Positions 6,402-13,341 of a stretch of DNA of 39,869 nt are shown here, piece after piece (within the stretch, counting starts at the first letter, position 1; the number at the start of each line of letters is the position of its first letter). Made by a program: the position numbers and the translations under genes. Source of the stretch: an uncultured Candidatus Saccharibacteria bacterium (lineage in GTDB: Bacteria > Patescibacteriota > Minisyncoccia > Phycocordibacterales > UBA9973); NCBI GenBank assembly GCA_964478575.1, contig CAYZIU010000001.1, positions 1-39,869 on the forward strand, given 5' to 3'. Under the pieces are notes generated by a model, which made no database searches, was not told the DNA's origin, and worked only from the letters and a program-made list of their open reading frames with translations.

Positions 6402-9377
6402 ATGAGTATTTTCGACGAAGAGTACAAAAAGCTAAACAAGGAGCAGAAGGATGCTGTGGATTCGATAGATGGGCCAGTTATGGTTATTGCGGGCCCTGGA
6501 ACCGGGAAGACTCAGGTTCTGACGCTCCGCATTGGAAACATTCTAAAGAAGACAGATATTGGAGGGTCTGGGGTTCTTTGTCTAACCTTCACTCGTTCTG
6601 GGGTGACGGCCATGAAAAAGAGACTGGAAAAATATATTGGAGCAGAGGCAAACAATGTAAAAATATCAACATTCCATAGCTATGCAATATCGCTAATAGA
6701 AAAACATCACTTAAGTCTCGGTTTTATAAATATTCCAAAACTTTTGGACGAGAGGGAGGCTGTTTTTCTGGTAGACAAGTTACTCTATGTTCGTGAGTGG
6801 AAACACCTCCGTCCAAGAAGCAACCCTGCAACATATTTTTCTGATATAAAATCTCTAATCTCACTTTTGAAACGAGAACGAATGTCGCCGAGTGATTTTC
6901 AAAAAGAAATAGAAAAAGAAATAAAAAGTCTGGAGAGTGATCCGGAAAGTGTATCTACTCGTGGCGCATCAAAGGGTGAACTGAAAAAAGAAATTATAAA
7001 AAAGATAGAAGCACTAGAGAGAACAAGGGAGGTCGTGGATTTTTATGAAGCCTATGAAGAAGAAAAGCAAAAACAACTTCTGATGGATTATGATGATGTT
7101 CTCGAATACGCTGTGGAGCTCGTCGAAGGATCAGAAGATATATGCGCTGACATAAGAGAAGATTCACAGTATATCCTTGTCGACGAACATCAGGATTCTT
7201 CTGGAGTGCAAAATAATTTTCTAAAGGCTGTTTGGGGTTCTGTTGAGAAGCCAAATATTTTCGTTGTGGGAGATGACCGACAACTTATATACGGATTCGG
7301 TGGAGCATCGCTTTCATACTTTGAAGAATTCAAAACAGCTTTTGGAAAAGCAAAACTCATAACACTTGTTGAGAACTATCGTTCCACTGCTCCGATACTC
7401 TCTCTCGCAGACACACTTCTCTCTAGTGATCTAACAAAAGAAAAACTTCGAAGTAATCGTTCTGATTCGCACGATATCTATCTTTCAGAGTATTCATATC
7501 CGAGGGACGAGATAATTGCGAGCGGAATATATTTCAAGAAATTGATCGAAGAGGGAACTGATCCACGAGAATGTGCAATTCTTGTTCCAAAAAATTATCA
7601 TGTTCGAAATGCAATGAATATTTTAAGACGCGCTGGTGTTCCAGTTTCTGGTGGAGACAGTCAGTCTTTTTTCGACTCACGAGCAGTGGCAAGTTTTAGA
7701 AAAGTTTTGAAAGTTATAAGTAATCCAAACGATGTCGTTTCTCTTTCAAATACTCTAGTAGACGGCATATCGGGAGTTCCCGCAATCGAAGCCCACAAAT
7801 TTTTGCGAGATAAAAAATTGAACGATCTTTCTATTGAAGACTTGGTTCGTTATGGAGAAGGGAATGGGCTTTTCGAGGGACAAAATCCTATATCTGTTTG
7901 GGGGAAGAAACTTGTTTCTTTCATAGATGAGTCTAGTTCAGTTGGTTTACTTCAAATACTTAGTTTTGCTGGGAATGAATTACTTATAAAAAATGCAGAT
8001 GGGCACGAAAAACTTCTAGAGAATGCAGAGGCACTTAGAACATTTTTTCATCTTGCAGAAATGCAAATTCAAAATAACCCTCACCAAACTCTTAAAGATT
8101 TTCTGGAATATATTGGTAGGCTTGAGGGTTACAATATGCACATCCCACTTGCGACGTTCGGTGAGCACAAAGGTGTTTCTGTGATGACTCTGCACAAATC
8201 TAAGGGTCTTGAATTCGAGGCGGTCTGGATTGCTCACATGAATGAGGAGACACTTATGGCACAGAAGAAGGGAGGATTTACTTTGCCAGAGATTGTAAAA
8301 GAGAAGATCGAGGAGAAGAGTCTGGCGGTGGCGAAGAGAGAAGTTTATGTTGCGATAACTCGGGCGAAGAAGTTTTGCACTATCTCATATGCCAGAGGTG
8401 ACGTGAAAGGAGCAGAGCTCAATCTTGCACAGGTTGTTCGTGAACTTCCAGATATTCACTTTGTAAGCAAATCTGCAGACAAGACTGAAGAAGAATTATT
8501 GTCATATGGACCTGAGGTTTATGTGAAGAATTTTGAAGTGCCAGAGGGCGAAGACTTCGAAAAAATGAAAACTCTCGTAGCGGATGAGTATGACGAGACA
8601 CGAGTTTCTGTTTCTCTTCTAAATAACTTTTTTGAGTGTCCATGGAAATGGTATTTTCGAAATTTCTTGAAACTTCCAGAAATAAAATCAGATTCACTTG
8701 CGCTTGGTTCTGCTGTTCACTCAGCTATAGAGTTTGTTTTGAAATCTGAAAAAATCCCAACAGAAAAAATGATCCGAGATTGTGTCGAAGAAAGTTTCAA
8801 AAAGGAAGGAGTAAACGACGAGAGAACTTTGAAAAAGATGGTTTCAGATGCTGTTGGTATAGTTTTGAAATGGATAGAAGTTTCTTTCAAGGATATTGCA
8901 TCAAACAGAGAAAGTGAAAGATCTGTCTCCTTCAAGGATCCTCGATTCTCGCACCTAAATTTTTATGGAAAGATCGACCTCACAGAGAGATTCCCGGGAG
9001 GAGAAGTTGCGGTGACAGATTTCAAAACTGGCTCGTCCAAAACTTCTGGTGTTATAGAAAAACTAGATGATGAAAATAGACTTTCTACATATATGAGACA
9101 GCTGGCGATGTATTCATACTTGGTGCGAGGTTCTGACAAAAAAGAAGTAGTATCTTCGAAGCTCTATTTCTTGGAATCAAAAGAGGGAGACAAGAATATG
9201 ATTTATGCGACACGAGTGGGAGAGGAACAGATCGATCTGCTTGTGCGAGATATCGCAGACTACGACAAACTTCTAAAATCTGGTGAGTGGACAGAACGAC
9301 CTTGTAATGCAAAACAATATAGTGGGGGAGATGAGTGTGAGCAGTGTAAGCTTGCAAGAGAGATTTACAGAAAATAA
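6402..9377 (+). CDS. UvrD/PcrA-type SF1 helicase fused to C-terminal PD-(D/E)XK (RecB/Cas4/AddB-type) nuclease with 4-Cys Fe-S staple
   Basis: Helicase motifs: I 'AGPGTGKT', II 'LVDEHQDS', III 'VGDDRQLIYGFGGA', IV 'NYRS', V 'TLHKSKGLEF', VI 'VAITRAKK'. C-terminal nuclease features: 'GKIDL..VTDFKTG' and 'YMRQLAMYSY'. Cys residues at 'ECPWKW' (nt 8637) and 'CNAKQYSGGDECEQC' (nt 9303 onward). Confidence 0.85.
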   Translation: MSIFDEEYKKLNKEQKDAVDSIDGPVMVIAGPGTGKTQVLTLRIGNILKKTDIGGSGVLCLTFTRSGVTAMKKRLEKYIGAEANNVKISTFHSYAISLIEKHHLSLGFINIPKLLDEREAVFLVDKLLYVREWKHLRPRSNPATYFSDIKSLISLLKRERMSPSDFQKEIEKEIKSLESDPESVSTRGASKGELKKEIIKKIEALERTREVVDFYEAYEEEKQKQLLMDYDDVLEYAVELVEGSEDICADIREDSQYILVDEHQDSSGVQNNFLKAVWGSVEKPNIFVVGDDRQLIYGFGGASLSYFEEFKTAFGKAKLITLVENYRSTAPILSLADTLLSSDLTKEKLRSNRSDSHDIYLSEYSYPRDEIIASGIYFKKLIEEGTDPRECAILVPKNYHVRNAMNILRRAGVPVSGGDSQSFFDSRAVASFRKVLKVISNPNDVVSLSNTLVDGISGVPAIEAHKFLRDKKLNDLSIEDLVRYGEGNGLFEGQNPISVWGKKLVSFIDESSSVGLLQILSFAGNELLIKNADGHEKLLENAEALRTFFHLAEMQIQNNPHQTLKDFLEYIGRLEGYNMHIPLATFGEHKGVSVMTLHKSKGLEFEAVWIAHMNEETLMAQKKGGFTLPEIVKEKIEEKSLAVAKREVYVAITRAKKFCTISYARGDVKGAELNLAQVVRELPDIHFVSKSADKTEEELLSYGPEVYVKNFEVPEGEDFEKMKTLVADEYDETRVSVSLLNNFFECPWKWYFRNFLKLPEIKSDSLALGSAVHSAIEFVLKSEKIPTEKMIRDCVEESFKKEGVNDERTLKKMVSDAVGIVLKWIEVSFKDIASNRESERSVSFKDPRFSHLNFYGKIDLTERFPGGEVAVTDFKTGSSKTSGVIEKLDDENRLSTYMRQLAMYSYLVRGSDKKEVVSSKLYFLESKEGDKNMIYATRVGEEQIDLLVRDIADYDKLLKSGEWTERPCNAKQYSGGDECEQCKLAREIYRK

Positions 9378-9398
9378 AAAAACCGGATTATTCCGGTT
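9371..9398 (-). terminator. Terminator hairpin between convergent genes (the T-run is only on the minus strand)
   Basis: AACCGGA-ttat-TCCGGTT. The plus-strand A-run upstream gives the U-tract for the minus-strand 79-aa gene, whose stop lies in the loop. Confidence 0.55.
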
Positions 9399-9627
9399 CA
9401 TCAAACTGTTTTTTCCAAAGGTTTAACCCAAAAGCAAATGTTAATATTCCTAAAAATATTGTTCCCGTCATCCATACAAAGTATAGATTTGAAGGAAAAA
9501 TTTTTTGATTAAACCAATTTAGGTAAGGATCAATTTGAAATAAAGGATTCAGATCGCTGCCCTGCATAAAAATCAGGATTCCCAAAAGAATCAAAATAAC
9601 ACACATTGTTCTTTTTATTAATTTCAT
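9388..9627 (-). CDS. Small membrane protein (79 aa from ATG; the ORF track extends to a TTG at 9636)
   Basis: Two hydrophobic helices (CVILILLGILIFM; TGTIFLGILTFAFGL). It has its own TTGACA-N16-TATTCT promoter and a terminator overlapping the stop codon. Confidence 0.55.
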   Translation of the reverse strand: MKLIKRTMCVILILLGILIFMQGSDLNPLFQIDPYLNWFNQKIFPSNLYFVWMTGTIFLGILTFAFGLNLWKKQFDEPE

Positions 9628-9631
9628 AAAT

Positions 9632-9655
9632 TTCAATTTTCTTTAGAATACTCTT
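9632..9655 (-). repeat. 24-nt direct repeat copy A (5' region of the 79-aa gene)
   Basis: Plus-strand ttcaattttctttagaatactctt, identical to 9853-9876. Confidence 0.9.
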
Positions 9656-9672
9656 TATTGTCTTTTTGTCAA
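9645..9672 (-). promoter_or_regulatory. Promoter TTGACA-N16-TATTCT for the 79-aa membrane protein gene
   Basis: On the minus strand, TTGACA is at 9672-9667 and TATTCT at 9650-9645. The -10 and downstream sequence lie inside the 24-nt duplicated segment. Confidence 0.5.
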
Positions 9673-9697
9673 ATAAAAAACCCAAAAATTAATTGGG
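9671..9697 (-). terminator. Rho-independent terminator of the 52-aa gene
   Basis: The minus strand reads CCCAA-ttaattt-TTGGG-TTTTTTATTT. The stop codon lies within the loop. Confidence 0.55.
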
Positions 9698-9847
9698 TGG
9701 TTCTGTTCTTTTTTTCAGTATTTCCTCTGATTTTTTGATCCCTTCTTTAAGCGTTTTTCTTATTTTCTTTATTAAAATAAGACAGTATATACAGAGAGCT
9801 AACAAAATTATATAAAGACCGAGTTGAATGTATGCAATTATTTCCAT
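9689..9847 (-). CDS. Small single-TM protein, 52 aa (below the ORF-track cutoff)
   Basis: My hand translation: MEIIAYIQLGLYIILLALCIYCLILIKKIRKTLKEGIKKSEEILKKRTEPPN, TAA stop. It is preceded by the same 24-nt 5' region and promoter as the neighbouring small gene. A rho-independent terminator follows. Confidence 0.5.
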   Translation of the reverse strand: MEIIAYIQLGLYIILLALCIYCLILIKKIRKTLKEGIKKSEEILKKRTEPPN

Positions 9848-9852
9848 GTAAG

Positions 9853-9876
9853 TTCAATTTTCTTTAGAATACTCTT
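9853..9876 (-). repeat. 24-nt direct repeat copy B (5' region of the 52-aa gene)
   Basis: Identical 24-mer. The shared TTTTGTCAAA -35 block also recurs at the same distance. Confidence 0.9.
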
Positions 9877-9893
9877 AACAAAAATTTTGTCAA
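9866..9893 (-). promoter_or_regulatory. Promoter TTGACA-N16-TATTCT for the 52-aa membrane protein gene
   Basis: On the minus strand, TTGACA is at 9893-9888 and TATTCT at 9871-9866, the same geometry as 9645-9672. Confidence 0.5.
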
Positions 9894-9903
9894 ACAAAAT
9901 TTT

Positions 9904-9912
9904 TGTTATAAT
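9904..9912 (+). promoter_or_regulatory. Extended -10 promoter TGtTATAAT ending 7 nt before the ATL gene ATG
   Basis: Exact TGnTATAAT-ttaaatc-ATG. Confidence 0.5.
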
Positions 9913-9919
9913 TTAAATC

Positions 9920-10294
9920 ATGAATCCCATTAGAAGCAAAAACACCCTGCGAGCCCTCGGGGTTTCTAACGGGACAAGAACTTTCTCCGAACGAGTTTTG
10001 AAAGCAGCCCTTGCTATTCCAAAAGGTAAAGTTACTACATATGGAGCCATTACACGTGCGTGCGGTGCGGGGCCTATGGCGAGTCAGAGTATCACGACGA
10101 TACTTGGTAAGGCATATGATGCGGGTGAAAAGCGTATTCCTTGGCACCGTATTGTTTATGCTGGTGGAAAAGTTTGGATAGATGACAAGCACAGGAAGGA
10201 AAGAATGGCTTTGTATAAAAAAGAGGGAATTGATGTTGACCCAAAAACTGGCAAGATAAAAAATTTTGAAGAGGTTTTGTTTGAATTTAAGTAG
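9920..10294 (+). CDS. Alkyltransferase-like protein (MGMT/Ogt DNA-binding-domain family with active-site Cys replaced by Trp)
   Basis: 'IPKGKVTTYGAI' helix-turn-helix region. The motif is 'IPWHRIV' (Trp codon 10142-10144) where O6-alkylguanine transferases have PCHRV. Confidence 0.7.
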   Translation: MNPIRSKNTLRALGVSNGTRTFSERVLKAALAIPKGKVTTYGAITRACGAGPMASQSITTILGKAYDAGEKRIPWHRIVYAGGKVWIDDKHRKERMALYKKEGIDVDPKTGKIKNFEEVLFEFK

Positions 10295-10295
10295 G

Positions 10296-10324
10296 TTGAC
10301 AATAGTTAATTTTACCTGCATTAT
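10296..10324 (+). promoter_or_regulatory. Promoter TTGACA-N17-CATTAT for the tail-fibre-like gene
   Basis: Consensus -35 at 10296-10301, a 17-nt spacer, and -10 at 10319-10324. 28 nt to the ATG. Confidence 0.5.
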
Positions 10325-10352
10325 GTGTCTATTATTTATTTAGATACATTTT

Positions 10353-11624
10353 ATGAAAAAGCTAGTTTGCCTTCTTGTTGCTCTTTTGATTTTTGTTCCA
10401 TATTTTAATACGAATGCCGCCATGACTCCCGGTTCTGTTGTTTTCGCTAATCCAATAGGAAAGAATACTGGTCAAGACAATATAAACTTTTTTTGGAATG
10501 ATACGCTGAACTATCTGGGGATTGGAACAAATACCCCTTCTTCTCCTCTTACTGTAGTTGGAAATACACTGACTGGAGCTTTGGGAATTGGGTCTGGAGC
10601 CGGAAACTATCCATTTTCATATGATTCACTCACAAGCACTCTCACTCTAAATAATGAAGCAAATGCAAAAAATATCAGAATAAAATCTGATAACGAAAAT
10701 AATCTTTTTTATGTCGACGGAATAAACGATCGTATTGGTGTTGGGCTTTCAAATCCCACTTATGAATTCCAAGTTGCAAACGATGGTCAAAATGTAGAGA
10801 TGGTTATTGATACATACAGCACCTCTCCGACATTCACCACAAAGACAGTTTTTGGTGGAAGATCTGCTCGTGGTACTCGTGAAGATCCTCTTCCTGTTCA
10901 GAACAATGACATTCTCGCAGAATTCTCAGGACTTGGGTATGGAACAACAGCTTTCGCTCCTTCGACAACTGCTGGCATGCGAGTTATGGCGGCGGAAACT
11001 TTTTCTGACACTACATGGGGAACAAGTTTGTTTTTTCGAACAACAGGAAGAGGATCAAACATTCTCCAGACAAGAGCGGTGATCGATGCTGACGGAAATA
11101 TGGGGATTGGGACAGATACAAGTCCCGATGTTCTACTAGATGTTGAAAAGCCTAGTGTGACAGGGGACATCGCAACATTTACAAACATAAATGGAACATG
11201 CTCGATCAATCCTGGAGTTGCAGGAGGAATCACTTGTACATCTGACGCTAACATGAAGAAAAATATTGAGAGTATTGAAGATGAAAACTCTTTGAATATT
11301 TTGAACTCTCTTCGCCCTGTGAAATATAATTGGAAGAATGATGGAAGTGATAGTGAAAAAACTTCAGGATTCATAGCTCAAGAAGTAGAGATTGTCTTAC
11401 CAGAACTTGTGATCACAGAAAACGGGACAAAGAGACTTTCAATGAACGGACTGATCCCATATATTGTCGGAAGTATTAAGGAGTTATCAAGTAAAGTAGA
11501 TGGGATTTTCACAAAAGGACTCTCAACTCCAAAAGTAGAAACAGAAAGTCTCTGTTTGGGAGAGACTTGTATTACAGAAAAAGAATTAAAAACTCTTCTA
11601 GAATTAAAGGCAACTTTGAATTAG
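10353..11624 (+). CDS. Secreted tail-fibre-like surface protein with C-terminal intramolecular-chaperone (peptidase S74) domain
   Basis: Signal peptide MKKLVCLLVALLIFVPYFNTNA. Repeated 'IGT(N/D)T' motifs. C-terminal 'SDANMKKNIESI..LRPVKYNWK..SGFIAQEVEIVLPELV' (from nt 11241) fits the S74 autoproteolytic chaperone signature. Confidence 0.7.
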   Translation: MKKLVCLLVALLIFVPYFNTNAAMTPGSVVFANPIGKNTGQDNINFFWNDTLNYLGIGTNTPSSPLTVVGNTLTGALGIGSGAGNYPFSYDSLTSTLTLNNEANAKNIRIKSDNENNLFYVDGINDRIGVGLSNPTYEFQVANDGQNVEMVIDTYSTSPTFTTKTVFGGRSARGTREDPLPVQNNDILAEFSGLGYGTTAFAPSTTAGMRVMAAETFSDTTWGTSLFFRTTGRGSNILQTRAVIDADGNMGIGTDTSPDVLLDVEKPSVTGDIATFTNINGTCSINPGVAGGITCTSDANMKKNIESIEDENSLNILNSLRPVKYNWKNDGSDSEKTSGFIAQEVEIVLPELVITENGTKRLSMNGLIPYIVGSIKELSSKVDGIFTKGLSTPKVETESLCLGETCITEKELKTLLELKATLN

Positions 11625-11647
11625 TAGTTAAAAAGGTTTTATAAATT

Positions 11648-11678
11648 AAAAATCCCGACTCAAGCCGGGATTTTTTTG
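11648..11678 (+). terminator. Rho-independent terminator after the tail-fibre-like gene
   Basis: TCCCG(11653-11657)/CGGGA(11666-11670) followed by TTTTTTT. Confidence 0.7.
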
Positions 11679-11689
11679 TTAGGTCGTAA

Positions 11690-11712
11690 TAAAAAAACCG
11701 CAAACTATGCGG
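11690..11712 (-). terminator. Rho-independent terminator of gene 12040(-)
   Basis: The minus strand reads CCGCA-tagtt-TGCGG-TTTTTTT. Confidence 0.6.
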
Positions 11713-12040
11713 GTTGTGGGGATTTAGCGTTTATTGTTACCTCTTCACCGTTGAAGGTGAATTTAATAGAGTCATTTTTTGAAGTAATTATTTCCTTAAT
11801 CATTTTTTCTGAGAAAATTTCCTTTAGTTTATCAGCCAGAAATTTCCTTGATTCAGGTGTGCCACAGTAGTTTAGCGCTACTACGCAAAATTCTTTTGGG
11901 GACAATTCTTTTGGTCCTCCTTCAGCTGCCCACATGCTTCTCATGGTTCGGGCTAAATTTTGTGCAAGTTTGTCAGCCTGCTCTCTGTTCATCCCTATTG
12001 GGATAACAGAGGTAATTTCGATTGGATTTTGGTTATTCAT
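11705..12040 (-). CDS. Hypothetical protein (orphan)
   Basis: 111-aa ORF with ATG start and TAG stop embedded in a minus-strand terminator hairpin. No motif recognised. Confidence 0.45.
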   Translation of the reverse strand: MNNQNPIEITSVIPIGMNREQADKLAQNLARTMRSMWAAEGGPKELSPKEFCVVALNYCGTPESRKFLADKLKEIFSEKMIKEIITSKNDSIKFTFNGEEVTINAKSPQPA

Positions 12041-12061
12041 ATTCTTTTTTTAATTTCAAAT

Positions 12062-12070
12062 ACAATAACA
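12062..12070 (-). promoter_or_regulatory. Extended -10-like TGtTATTGT (minus strand) for gene 12040
   Basis: The reverse complement of acaataaca, 21 nt before the ATG. Confidence 0.3.
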
Positions 12071-12124
12071 CCAAATAGGCTTTTGGTCAATAAAGTAAAG
12101 GTTACTTCAAATAATCTGTAAAAG

Positions 12125-12133
12125 TGGTAGTAT
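12125..12133 (+). promoter_or_regulatory. Extended -10 promoter TGgTAGTAT for trhO
   Basis: TGgTAGTAT, 13 nt before the ATG. The identical 9-mer precedes rpsP. Confidence 0.45.
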
Positions 12134-12146
12134 CTAAATACAACTT

Positions 12147-13085
12147 ATGTATCAAGTATTACTTTTCTATAAATATGTCCACATAGAAGACCCAGAGGCA
12201 GTTCTAGTTTGGCAGAGAGATCTTCAGACTAGATTTGGGTTTAAGGGACGAACTATAATAGCCAAAGAGGGTGTCAATATAACCCTTGAGGGAACACTCG
12301 AAGCAACTGAAGAATATATTCGTGAAGTGGAGAAAGATCCAAGATTTCAAAATATTCACTGGAAAAAAAGTGTTGGAACAGGGGATGCCTTTCCTCGCCT
12401 TTCGATTAAAGTTAGACCGGAGATTGTATCTCTACATCTTGGAACTTGCGATATTGATCCGAACGAGACAACTGGAATTCATCTTAAACCAGAAGAGCTT
12501 CACGAATGGATAAAAAGTGGCAAAGAATTTTATATCGTTGATATGCGAAATGCCTATGAACACAAAGTGGGACACTTCGAAGGATCAATCTGTCCGCCGA
12601 TGAATAACTTTCGTGATTTGCCAAAACTTCTAAAACAAATATCTCACTTGAAAGATAAAACAGTCCTAACGGTCTGCACCGGAGGAGTAAGATGCGAAAA
12701 AGCATCTGGATACCTAATAACTCAAGGATTTAAAGATGTATACCAACTCGATGGAGGAATCGTTTCTTATATGGAAAAATATCCAAACGAAGACTTCAAA
12801 GGAAAGCTTTATGTTTTTGACGGAAGAATTGTAGTAGGATTTTATACTGACGACCCAAGACACGAGGTTGTGGGTAGGTGCGATTTCTGTGAAATACCGT
12901 GTGATCGATATATGAACTGTTCCGATAATATGTGCCACAATCACATATTGGTTTGTGATGAATGTTTAGACAAAAAAGAGGGTATGCCCACTTGTCCAAA
13001 TGGCTGTCACAGAACAAGAAGCGGAAAGAAAATTCCTTCAAATTTTTTCCAGATTATCCGTGATAAAATAAATATATGGAAATAA
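12147..13085 (+). CDS. trhO: Rhodanese-domain tRNA uridine(34) hydroxylase (TrhO/YceA, UPF0176)
   Basis: N-terminus 'LLFYKYVHIEDPE', rhodanese active loop 'CTGGVRCEKAS', Cys-rich C-terminal zinc region. Confidence 0.8.
   Translation: MYQVLLFYKYVHIEDPEAVLVWQRDLQTRFGFKGRTIIAKEGVNITLEGTLEATEEYIREVEKDPRFQNIHWKKSVGTGDAFPRLSIKVRPEIVSLHLGTCDIDPNETTGIHLKPEELHEWIKSGKEFYIVDMRNAYEHKVGHFEGSICPPMNNFRDLPKLLKQISHLKDKTVLTVCTGGVRCEKASGYLITQGFKDVYQLDGGIVSYMEKYPNEDFKGKLYVFDGRIVVGFYTDDPRHEVVGRCDFCEIPCDRYMNCSDNMCHNHILVCDECLDKKEGMPTCPNGCHRTRSGKKIPSNFFQIIRDKINIWK
13061..13069 (+). promoter_or_regulatory. Extended -10-like TGaTAAAAT ending 6 nt before ATG 13076 (inside the trhO 3' end)
   Basis: TGaTAAAAT-aaatat-ATG. 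Confidence 0.35.
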
Positions 13086-13087
13086 AT
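13068..13087 (+). repeat. 20-nt repeat spanning the start codon (copy 1)
   Basis: ATAAATATATGGAAATAAAT, identical to 13322-13341. Confidence 0.85.
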
Positions 13088-13300
13088 CCAAATGAAAATA
13101 TTTTAAATAAAGATATTAATGATTTTGTTTTAAGTATTAGATCAGTTCAAGCCCTTGAAAAATTAGGGATAAATACTTTTTCACAGATACTGTCAAAGGA
13201 TGAAGCTTTTTTTAGTCCAGCAAATCGTTTTGATATGAAGTCTAGAGAAGAAATACTAAAATTAGTTAAAGATAATGGTTTTGATTTTAAAAAAGATTAA
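13076..13300 (+). CDS. Stand-alone RNA polymerase alpha C-terminal-domain-like (helix-hairpin-helix) protein
   Basis: 74 aa. 'LSIRSVQALEKLGINTFSQIL..FDMKSREEILKLVKDNGF' follows the alpha-CTD pattern LSvR..N.L...GI.T...L....N.G.KS..EI. The start overlaps the trhO 3' end by 10 nt. Confidence 0.55.
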   Translation: MEINPNENILNKDINDFVLSIRSVQALEKLGINTFSQILSKDEAFFSPANRFDMKSREEILKLVKDNGFDFKKD

Positions 13301-13321
13301 GAATAGAGGTTCTGTTTAATT

Positions 13322-13341
13322 ATAAATATATGGAAATAAAT
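13322..13341 (+). repeat. 20-nt repeat spanning the start codon (copy 2, pheS)
   Basis: ATAAATATATGGAAATAAAT. Confidence 0.85.

Noticed and set aside
9890-10321. 143-aa minus-strand ORF covering the ATL gene, and similar long antisense ORFs (e.g. 5426-5833, 10898-11374, 34550-35050, 25636-26028, 36980-37327)
   Set aside because: Each lies fully antisense to a gene with clear family motifs. They have odd composition (Ser/Phe/Leu/Ile-rich shadow-frame look) and no promoter or terminator of their own. I treat them as shadow ORFs typical of AT-rich DNA.
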